From Fidelibacterota bacterium (GTDB taxonomy: Bacteria > Fidelibacterota > Marinisomatia > Marinisomatales > S15-B10): 16,106 bases of DNA. Of the stretch, positions 9,165 to 16,106 are shown piece after piece; positions within the stretch are counted from its first letter, which is position 1, and the number at the start of each line of letters is the position of its first letter. Both the position numbers and the translations under genes were made by a program. The notes beneath the pieces were generated by a model. The model ran no database searches and was not told the DNA's origin. It saw nothing but the letters and a program-made list of their open reading frames with translations. Location of the stretch: NCBI GenBank assembly GCA_046861655.1, contig JBHIAI010000032.1, positions 1 through 16,106 on the forward strand, in the 5' to 3' direction.

Positions 9165-9983
9165 CTATTTCCTCCTCTTCACAATATGACGGTCGGAAGG
9201 TTTGTTCCGTTTGCGGGTTTTGTACCCTTTGGTGGGTTTTCCCCACGGCGTGGACGGATGCCGTCCACCGGAGGACTTTCCTTCACCGCCCCCCAGGGGA
9301 TGATCCACCGGATTCATGGCTACCCCTCTCACCTTTGGTCTGCGTCCCTTCCACCGCCGACGGCCGGCTTTTCCCAGTAGAACGGCCTCGTGGCTCTTAT
9401 TGCCCACCTGACCGATCGTGGCCCGGCTGTTTCCACTGAACAAGCGGGTTTCTCCGGACGGCAGTTTGATCGTGACCGTATCCCCTTCCCTGGCCATAAC
9501 CTGGGCGCCGGACCCGGCACTGCGAACCAGCTGCGCCCCCTTCCCGGGCACCAGTTCGATGTTGTGAATGGTCACACCCGATGGAATCTTCTTGAGGGGA
9601 AGCGTGTTTCCAGTTTTCAAAGGAGCATTCTCACCGCTTATGACCTTGTCTCCCACCTTCAGGCCGTCCGGCGCTATGATGTACCGTTTTTCCCCGTCGT
9701 CATAATGGAGCAGAGCCAGCCTGGCAGACCGGTTGGGATCGTACTGGATCGATGCCACTCTTGCGGGTATATCCTGTTTGTCCCGTTTGAAATCCACGAC
9801 CCTGTATCTGCGCTTGTGCCCGCCGCCGCGGTGGCGAATCGTTGTTCGGCCCCCGGCGTTGCGTCCCCCGGTTTTCTTCAACGGCCGAAGCAGAGACTTC
9901 TCAGGATCGGATCGTTCCTTCGACTCTGAAACGGACCTGAACCGCTGGCCGGGGGTCACGGGCTTTAAGCGTCTTACGGGCAT
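9165..9983 (-). CDS. rplB: 50S ribosomal protein L2
   Basis: [41 protein letters not shown]. Confidence 0.99.
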   Translation of the reverse strand: MPVRRLKPVTPGQRFRSVSESKERSDPEKSLLRPLKKTGGRNAGGRTTIRHRGGGHKRRYRVVDFKRDKQDIPARVASIQYDPNRSARLALLHYDDGEKRYIIAPDGLKVGDKVISGENAPLKTGNTLPLKKIPSGVTIHNIELVPGKGAQLVRSAGSGAQVMAREGDTVTIKLPSGETRLFSGNSRATIGQVGNKSHEAVLLGKAGRRRWKGRRPKVRGVAMNPVDHPLGGGEGKSSGGRHPSTPWGKPTKGYKTRKRNKPSDRHIVKRRK

Positions 9984-9985
9984 CT

Positions 9986-10001
9986 TAGGAGTGCACTCCT
10001 A
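9986..10001. repeat. 16-bp perfect palindrome TAGGAGTGCACTCCTA, the fused termini of the MITE-like element, at the rplW/rplB junction
   Basis: Each half matches an end of 5355-5448; removal gives GGAGGCATAAGATG (SD GGAGG + 6 nt + ATG). Confidence 0.7.
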
Positions 10002-10322
10002 TGCCTCCGGCTCCATCTCAAACAGATCGATGGTGAAGCCCTCCCTCAGGGTGGCCACCGCTTTCTTCCAATCGGACCGTTTCCCCGAGGTACGAATCAC
10101 CCGCCCCCCGCTACGGATCGTTAGCTCCTTTTTCTTCCCCTTTACACGGATGGTACTTACCCTGGCCACCTGTACGTTGAATTTCTGTTCAATCGCCCTC
10201 TTGATCTCAATCTTGTTGGCCCTGGGATCCACCTGAAAGGCGTATTTTCTTTCTTTTTCCTCCAACCTCGACATTTTCTCGGTCAGAAGCGGACGCATCA
10301 GAATTCTTGAACCGGGATCCAT
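9999..10322 (-). CDS. rplW: 50S ribosomal protein L23
   Basis: RPLLTEK, YAFQVDPRANKIEIKRAIE, WKKAVATL; ATG 10322 preferred, TTG 10328 possible. Confidence 0.96.
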   Translation of the reverse strand: MDPGSRILMRPLLTEKMSRLEEKERKYAFQVDPRANKIEIKRAIEQKFNVQVARVSTIRVKGKKKELTIRSGGRVIRTSGKRSDWKKAVATLREGFTIDLFEMEPEA

Positions 10323-10324
10323 TT

Positions 10325-10954
10325 TCAATTCACCGCCAACTGTTCGCTCAGGAGTTTGATCCCTTCCCGGTCAAACAGAAGAATCTGACAATCGAGAAGG
10401 TCCCTCGCGGATGCCTGGGCGGCGGGCATGAGAGTGACCTTGGGAACATTCCTTGCGGAAAGGACCACGTTTCGGTCCAGCGTCCCTGGCAAGAAGGTTA
10501 TCTTTTTCCCCTCAAGATTCAGGTTCTTCAGAATCTGCACGAAGGCCCGAGTCCCCGGCTCATCCATGGTAATGGAGTCCACCACTACGATTTCCTTGTC
10601 CCTTGCCCGCTGGGAAAGAACGCTTCGCCGGGCCAGTTGCTTCATCTTCTTTGGCAAGCGGTTCCTGTAGGTGGCCGGCCTGGGACCGAATGTGACGCCC
10701 CCCCCTCTCCACAAGGGGGACCGAATGGATCCCACTCTGGCCCGGCCCGTCCCCTTCTGCCGCCAGGGCTTTCGACCGCCTCCCCTCGTTTCAGCCCGGG
10801 TCTTTGTAGAACGGGTGCCCTGACGGGAAGCAGCCATTTCAGCCACCACAGCCCGGTACACCACATCCTGGTTAGGCTCAATCTTGAACACGGTGTCGTC
10901 CACCCTCACCCGGGAAGAACTCTTTCCTTCTGTGTCCCGAACGGTCAACTGCAT
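10325..10954 (-). CDS. rplD: 50S ribosomal protein L4
   Basis: RQGT..TKTRAE, GGGRKPWRQKGTGRARVGSIRSPLWRGGG; start reassigned to ATG 10954 (MQLTV), downstream of the rplC stop. Confidence 0.96.
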   Translation of the reverse strand: MQLTVRDTEGKSSSRVRVDDTVFKIEPNQDVVYRAVVAEMAASRQGTRSTKTRAETRGGGRKPWRQKGTGRARVGSIRSPLWRGGGVTFGPRPATYRNRLPKKMKQLARRSVLSQRARDKEIVVVDSITMDEPGTRAFVQILKNLNLEGKKITFLPGTLDRNVVLSARNVPKVTLMPAAQASARDLLDCQILLFDREGIKLLSEQLAVN

Positions 10955-10968
10955 CACCCCGGCTCCCG

Positions 10969-11592
10969 TCACTTCATTACCGAAACCAGGCTGTTCCGGG
11001 CTCCTGGCACGGACCCTTTCACGAACAGGCATTGATGCTCCATGTCCACCTTCACCACCTCCAGGTTTCTTACCTCAACCTTCCGGTTTCCGTGCTGGCC
11101 GGACATCTTGACTCCCGGCCATACCCTTGAGGGATCGGAAGATTGCCCGATGGAGCCCGGAGCCCGGAGACGGTTCGATTGACCGTGAGTCTTGGGCCCG
11201 CCCCTGAAACCGTGTCGTTTCACCACACCGGCGAACCCCTTTCCCTAGGATACTCCCCGTACGGTAACCCGGTCTCCTTCCTTGAAGACGTCAACGGAAA
11301 TTTTCGCTCCCACCTCTGGGGTCTCATCTCCACCCTGGGGAAACTCCATCAGGTACCGCTTGGGCGAGACACCGGCCCGTTTGAAGTGTCCCCGGAGAGG
11401 TCGATCGGCGCGGGATTCCTTCAGTTCGCCGAATCCCAACTGAACGGCGTCGTATCCGTCCACCTCTCGGGTTCTTACCTGGGTGACCACGCAGGGACCC
11501 GCCTGAATGACCGTCACCGGAATACTCTCACCGTCAGAGCCAAACAGTCTTGTCATTCCCACCTTTTTTCCCATGAGCGCCGTCATCATCAC
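10969..11592 (-). CDS. rplC: 50S ribosomal protein L3, interrupted by an in-frame TAG at 11245-11247 (formally a pseudogene as sequenced)
   Basis: The two track ORFs (11245-11592 and 10969-11226) share a frame. Joined: [57 protein letters not shown]; 207 codons. Confidence 0.95.
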
Positions 11593-11897
11593 GCCTTGAT
11601 TTCTATGTCCACCCCGGCGGACAGATCCAGCTTCATAAGGGCATCGACGGTCTTGGGAGAAGCGTTCAGGATTTCGATGAGCCGCTTGTGGATCTTGGTC
11701 TGAAACTGTTCCCGGGATTTCTTGTCCACGTGAGGAGACCGCAGGACCGTGTACACGGTCCGCTTGGTGGGCAGGGGGATAGGACCGGAAATGGCGGCCC
11801 CGGTGGACTTGACCGTCTTCACAATCTTTTCCGTGGATTTGTCCACAAGGTTGTGGTCATACCCTTTCAGCGTAATCCTGAGTGCTTGCCCGGCCAA
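11589..11897 (-). CDS. rpsJ: 30S ribosomal protein S10
   Basis: [30 protein letters not shown] start. Confidence 0.98.
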   Translation of the reverse strand: MAGQALRITLKGYDHNLVDKSTEKIVKTVKSTGAAISGPIPLPTKRTVYTVLRSPHVDKKSREQFQTKIHKRLIEILNASPKTVDALMKLDLSAGVDIEIKA

Positions 11898-11909
11898 GGG
11901 TAACCCCGC

Positions 11910-13100
11910 TTACTCCACGACCTCAGTGACCACGCCTGCGCCCACGGTATGGCCCCCTTCCCGGACGGCGTACCTCAGCTCCTTCTCCATGGCGATCGCT
12001 GAGATCAACTCCACCGTCAGTTCCACGTTATCCCCGGGCATCACCATCTCCGTCCCCTCAGGCAGGGTCACCACACCCGTCACATCCGTGGTCCGAAAAT
12101 AAAACTGGGGACGGTATCCATTGAAAAAGGGCGTGTGACGACCCCCCTCCTCCTTCTTCAGAACGTACACGTTCGTCTTAAACTTCGTGTGAGGCGTTAT
12201 ACTCCCTACCTTCGCCACCACCATCCCCCTCTTCAACGTCTCCTTCTCTATCCCACGCAACAACAACCCCGCATTGTCCCCCGCCTGGCCCTGGTCCAAC
12301 TCCTTGCGAAACATCTCCACCCCCGTCACCACCGTCTTGCGGGAAGGCCCTAACCCTACAAGCTCTACCTCATCCCCTACCTTCACAACACCACGCTCTA
12401 TCCGGCCTGTCCCCACCGTCCCCCGGCCCGTAATACTGAATACATCCTCCACAGGCATCAAAAACGGCTTGTCTATGTCCCGAACCGGCTCCGGAATGTA
12501 CTCATCGATCGTCTTGATCAACTCGTCCACACTCGACATGGCCTCATCATCCTCAGGATGATTCAACGCCGCCAGTGCACTCCCCTTGATGATCGGTATC
12601 TCATCCCCAGGAAACTCATACTCCGTCAACAACTCCCGTAACTCCAACTCCACCAACTCAATCAACTCAGGATCATCCACCATGTCCGTCTTGTTTAAAT
12701 ACACCACGATCGCCGGCACATTCACCTGCCGAGCCAACAATACATGCTCCCGCGTCTGGGGCATGGGTCCGTCCGCCGCCGATACCACCAGAATCGCACC
12801 ATCCATCTGAGCCGCCCCCGTGATCATGTTCTTGATGTAATCCGCATGACCCGGACAATCAATGTGAGCATAATGACGATTCTCACTCTCATACTCCACA
12901 TGAGCCGTCTGAATCGTAATCCCCCGCTCACGCTCCTCAGGAGCATTATCTATGGAATCAAACGTCCGAACCTCCGACAATCCCCGCTGAGATAAACGCA
13001 TCGTCATCGCCGCCGTCAACGTCGTCTTTCCATGATCTACATGACCAATCGTACCCACGTTTACATGAGGCTTCGTCCGCTCAAACTTTGCCTTTGCCAT
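11910..13100 (-). CDS. tuf: Elongation factor Tu
   Basis: [54 protein letters not shown] upstream. Confidence 0.99.
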   Translation of the reverse strand: MAKAKFERTKPHVNVGTIGHVDHGKTTLTAAMTMRLSQRGLSEVRTFDSIDNAPEERERGITIQTAHVEYESENRHYAHIDCPGHADYIKNMITGAAQMDGAILVVSAADGPMPQTREHVLLARQVNVPAIVVYLNKTDMVDDPELIELVELELRELLTEYEFPGDEIPIIKGSALAALNHPEDDEAMSSVDELIKTIDEYIPEPVRDIDKPFLMPVEDVFSITGRGTVGTGRIERGVVKVGDEVELVGLGPSRKTVVTGVEMFRKELDQGQAGDNAGLLLRGIEKETLKRGMVVAKVGSITPHTKFKTNVYVLKKEEGGRHTPFFNGYRPQFYFRTTDVTGVVTLPEGTEMVMPGDNVELTVELISAIAMEKELRYAVREGGHTVGAGVVTEVVE

Positions 13101-13112
13101 GACTCCCTCCTT

Positions 13113-15212
13113 TCACCTTCCCGCCAGGGCGGGATTGCCGTGAAGTTTTTCCACGATCTTGTCGCCTAGGACCGGGGGAACCGGTTCGTAGGAATAGAAT
13201 TCCGAGGTAAACACAGCCCTGCCCTGGGAAATGGACCGGAGGTCCGTAGCGTACCCGAACAAATCACTCAGAGGGACAACGGCCCGGATGATCAAAGCGT
13301 CCTTCCGGTGGTCCGTACCCTGGATCTCGCCCCGCCGTGAATTCAGATCGCTCATCACGTCCCCCAGGTACTGTTCCGGCAACACCACCTCCACCTTCAT
13401 CCTGGGCTCAAGAATCACCGGTTGGGCCTTACTGCAGGCCTGTTCAACGGCGATGGATCCCGCAATCTTGAACGCCAGTTCCGATGAGTCAACGGGATGG
13501 TACGAACCATCCACAAGTTCCACCCTCACGTCCTCCATGGGATACCCCGCCAGAATACCGTTCTTCAACTTCTCCTGGATCCCCCGGTCCACGGACGGGA
13601 TGTATTCTTTCGGGACGGCTCCTCCCACAATCTTGCTCTCAAAGTGGTATCCCTTGCCCGGTTCGTTCGGTTCCACCCGGAGTTTCACGTGACCGTACTG
13701 ACCCCGTCCCCCCGACTGGCGGATGAACTTGCCGTCGGCCTCTGCACTCCGGGTGATGGTCTCCTTGTAGGCAACCTGGGGTTTACCCACGTGGGCATTC
13801 ACACCGAACTCCCGGCGAAGCCTTTCCACCAGGATTTCCAGGTGCAGTTCTCCCATCCCCGAGATAACCGTCTGGCCCGTTTCCTCATCGATGGAGACGC
13901 CAAAGGTGGGATCCTCATCGGACAGCTTGGCCAGGGCCCCGGTCAGGATTTCCTGCTCCGCCTTGCTGGCCGCCTCAATGGCCACGGACATGACAGGTTT
14001 CTGAAAATCCATGGCTTCCAGAATGATGGGGGCTGAAGGATCGCAAAGGGTATGACCGGTCTTTACCTGCTTGAGACCCACGGCAGCGGCGATCTCTCCG
14101 GCACTCACTTTGTCCCGGTTTTCGCGTTTGTTGGCGTGCATCAGAAGGATGCGGCCAACCCGTTCCTTTCTTCCCGTGGTGGTGTCCAGAACGACCTGTC
14201 CGGCGGACATCGATCCGGAGTAGACCCGGAAGAAGGTCAACCGTCCCACATACGGGTCTGTCGTGACCTTGAACGCCAGGGCGCTCAAAGGCTCCGATTC
14301 AGATGGCGCCCGGGACAACAAGATATCGGTATCTTCAGGGGCGTGACCCACGACCTCAGGCACTTCCAGGGGAGAGGGGAGATAATCGACCACAGCGTCC
14401 AGCAAACGCTGAACACCCTTGTTTCTCAGAGCGGCACCGCACAGAACAGGAACAAAGGCGTTGTCCAGACACCCCTGGCGGAGGGCCTTCTTTATTTCTT
14501 CTTCCGTCAGATCTTTCCCGGCGAGGTACTTGTCCATGAGCACTTCGTCATAACTGGCACATTCCTCCACAAGATGACGGCGGGCCTTTTCCGAGGCTTC
14601 CTTCATGTCCTCGGGGATATCCATGTACTCAAAATGAGTCCCCAGGGTGGATTCGTTGTACACGATAGCCTTCATCACGATCAAATCTATGAGACCGGCG
14701 AATAGATCCCCGCTCCCGATGGGAAGCACCACGGGGAGGGGACTGGCCTTGAGCCGTTCCTTCATCATCTTCAGAACGTTTTCAAAGTCGGCCCCCATTC
14801 GGTCCATCTTGTTCACGAAAGCGATCCGCGGAACACGGTAACGGTTCGACTGGCGCCAGACCGTTTCACTCTGGGGCTCCACGCCCCCCACGGCGCAAAA
14901 CACAACGACCGACCCGTCCAGAACCCGCAGCGACCGCTCCACTTCGGCGGTGAAATCGATGTGACCGGGGGTATCTATGATGTTAATTCTATGCCCATTC
15001 CAGAAGGTGGTGGTGGCCGCCGAAGTGATGGTGATGCCCCTTTCCTTTTCCTGATCCATCCAGTCCATAGTTGCGGCACCCTCATGGACTTCACCCATTC
15101 GGTGGACCCTGCCGGTGTAGTAAAGAATCCGCTCGGTGGTGGTGGTCTTCCCGGCATCGATGTGGGCCAGGATACCGATATTTCTTACTTTGTCAAGAGC
15201 GTAGGACTGCAT
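13113..15212 (-). CDS. fusA: Elongation factor G
   Basis: [63 protein letters not shown]. Confidence 0.99.
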   Translation of the reverse strand: MQSYALDKVRNIGILAHIDAGKTTTTERILYYTGRVHRMGEVHEGAATMDWMDQEKERGITITSAATTTFWNGHRINIIDTPGHIDFTAEVERSLRVLDGSVVVFCAVGGVEPQSETVWRQSNRYRVPRIAFVNKMDRMGADFENVLKMMKERLKASPLPVVLPIGSGDLFAGLIDLIVMKAIVYNESTLGTHFEYMDIPEDMKEASEKARRHLVEECASYDEVLMDKYLAGKDLTEEEIKKALRQGCLDNAFVPVLCGAALRNKGVQRLLDAVVDYLPSPLEVPEVVGHAPEDTDILLSRAPSESEPLSALAFKVTTDPYVGRLTFFRVYSGSMSAGQVVLDTTTGRKERVGRILLMHANKRENRDKVSAGEIAAAVGLKQVKTGHTLCDPSAPIILEAMDFQKPVMSVAIEAASKAEQEILTGALAKLSDEDPTFGVSIDEETGQTVISGMGELHLEILVERLRREFGVNAHVGKPQVAYKETITRSAEADGKFIRQSGGRGQYGHVKLRVEPNEPGKGYHFESKIVGGAVPKEYIPSVDRGIQEKLKNGILAGYPMEDVRVELVDGSYHPVDSSELAFKIAGSIAVEQACSKAQPVILEPRMKVEVVLPEQYLGDVMSDLNSRRGEIQGTDHRKDALIIRAVVPLSDLFGYATDLRSISQGRAVFTSEFYSYEPVPPVLGDKIVEKLHGNPALAGR

Positions 15213-15214
15213 CT

Positions 15215-15679
15215 TTATCGATAATGGGCAAAAGCCTTGTTGGCTTCTGCCATGCGGTGGGTATCTTCCTTTTTCTTGATGGCCCCACCCTCGTTATTGG
15301 CGGCGTCGATGATTTCCGCTGCCAGTTTTTCCTTCATGGACCGGCCCCTGCGCTTCTTGGCCTGAGAGATAATCCAGCGTGTAGCCACGGCATAGCTTCG
15401 ATGCCTGGCTACTTCCACCGGCACCTGATAGGTGGCGCCCCCGATTCTGCGGGATTTCACCTCCAGAACGGGACGAACGTTTTCAAGGGCTTTATGGAAC
15501 ATGTCCAAACTCTCCCCCTTGGTACGGGAAGAAATCAACTCCATGGCGCCGTAGAAGATCCCTTCAGCCACTCCCTTTTTCCCCCGCTGCATCAGGTTGT
15601 TGATGAACTTCTGGACCATTTTGTCCCCGTACTTCCAGTCCGGAGCCACCTGTCTTCTTTCGGGACGTCTTCTTCTCAT
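15215..15679 (-). CDS. rpsG: 30S ribosomal protein S7
   Basis: [35 protein letters not shown]. Confidence 0.99.
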   Translation of the reverse strand: MRRRRPERRQVAPDWKYGDKMVQKFINNLMQRGKKGVAEGIFYGAMELISSRTKGESLDMFHKALENVRPVLEVKSRRIGGATYQVPVEVARHRSYAVATRWIISQAKKRRGRSMKEKLAAEIIDAANNEGGAIKKKEDTHRMAEANKAFAHYR

Positions 15680-15681
15680 GG

Positions 15682-16053
15682 CTACCTCGGACGTTTCGCA
15701 CCGTAACGGGAGCGACTGGTTTTCCGGTCCATCACACCCGCCGTATCCATGGTTCCACGGACGATGTGATAACGGACCCCCGGAAGATCTTTCACCCGGC
15801 CCCCTTCGATCAAGACGATAGAATGTTCCTGAAGATTGTGACCTTCACCGGGAATGTAGGCGATCACTTCGATACCGTTCGTCAGCCTGACCTTGGCTAC
15901 CTTTCTCAAGGCCGAATTGGGTTTCTTTGGCGTTGTGGTGTAAACACGCGTACACACACCCCGCTTCTGGGGATTATTCCCCAGGGCGGGAGTGGATCGT
16001 TTCTTTCGTTCCTTCTTTCGTCCCTTGCGAACCAGCTGGTTGATCGTGGGCAT
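15682..16053 (-). CDS. rpsL: 30S ribosomal protein S12
   Basis: [43 protein letters not shown]. Confidence 0.99.
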   Translation of the reverse strand: MPTINQLVRKGRKKERKKRSTPALGNNPQKRGVCTRVYTTTPKKPNSALRKVAKVRLTNGIEVIAYIPGEGHNLQEHSIVLIEGGRVKDLPGVRYHIVRGTMDTAGVMDRKTSRSRYGAKRPR

Positions 16054-16075
16054 GTTTCAGGCTCCCTCTGTGGTC

Positions 16076-16105
16076 CTAACCGGCCTTTTCCTTCTCGGTG
16101 ACTGT
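16076..16105 (-). CDS. Probable 3' end of an upstream gene (...TVTEKEKAG*), possibly rpoC by synteny
   Basis: Open frame ending in TAG 22 nt before the rpsL ATG; only 10 codons are visible, so identity is inferred from the common rpoC-rpsL order. Confidence 0.3.
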   Translation of the reverse strand, partial: TVTEKEKAG

Positions 16106-16106
16106 T

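Noticed and set aside
10955..11032. 25-26 aa N-terminal extension of L4 in the track
   Set aside because: Overlaps the rplC 3' end; ATG 10954 has a purine-rich upstream region and gives normal length
11245..11247. Genome-wide TAG reassignment (code 15-like), or a frameshift, as the cause of the rplC break
   Set aside because: Twelve genes end at TAG at their expected C-termini, and the two rplC halves are in the same frame
11246..11256. GGAGTATCCTA (minus strand) at the rplC stop resembles the collapsed repeat GGAGTGCACTCCTA
   Set aside because: It encodes the expected G-V-S of the L3 motif with no length change, so there is no evidence of an insertion
12575..13750. Partial repeat matches inside coding regions (gtgcactcc near 12575 in tuf, ctgcactcc near 13742 in fusA; also gagtgcag near 8793 in rplV)
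   Set aside because: Only 8-9 bp, lack the flanking TA, and are explained by ordinary Ser-Ala codons

Overview
The whole window is one tightly packed minus-strand ribosomal protein superoperon (str-S10-spc-start of alpha): rpsL-rpsG-fusA-tuf-rpsJ-rplC-rplD-rplW-rplB-rpsS-rplV-rpsC-rplP-rpmC-rpsQ-rplN-rplX-rplE-rpsN-rpsH-rplF-rplR-rpsE-rpmD-rplO-secY-map-infA-rpmJ-rpsM (30 genes; rpmJ is missing from the ORF track). The order secY-map-infA-rpmJ without adk is FCB-like, tentatively Marinimicrobia-like (inference). Three anomalies stand out. (1) The essential gene rplC (L3) is interrupted by one in-frame TAG at 11245-11247, where the conserved Lys of GxSKGKGF is expected. (2) A small TA-flanked inverted-repeat (MITE-like) family with terminus TA-GGAGTGCAGG occupies at least three gene junctions: a 90-bp copy before rpsH carrying a 24-codon bridging ORF, a collapsed 16-bp palindrome before rplB, and a terminus at the rpsM stop. 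Deleting the first two restores canonical Shine-Dalgarno spacing. (3) Most of tuf has a G/T-ending codon style unlike its neighbours. TAG is also the most frequent stop codon in the operon.
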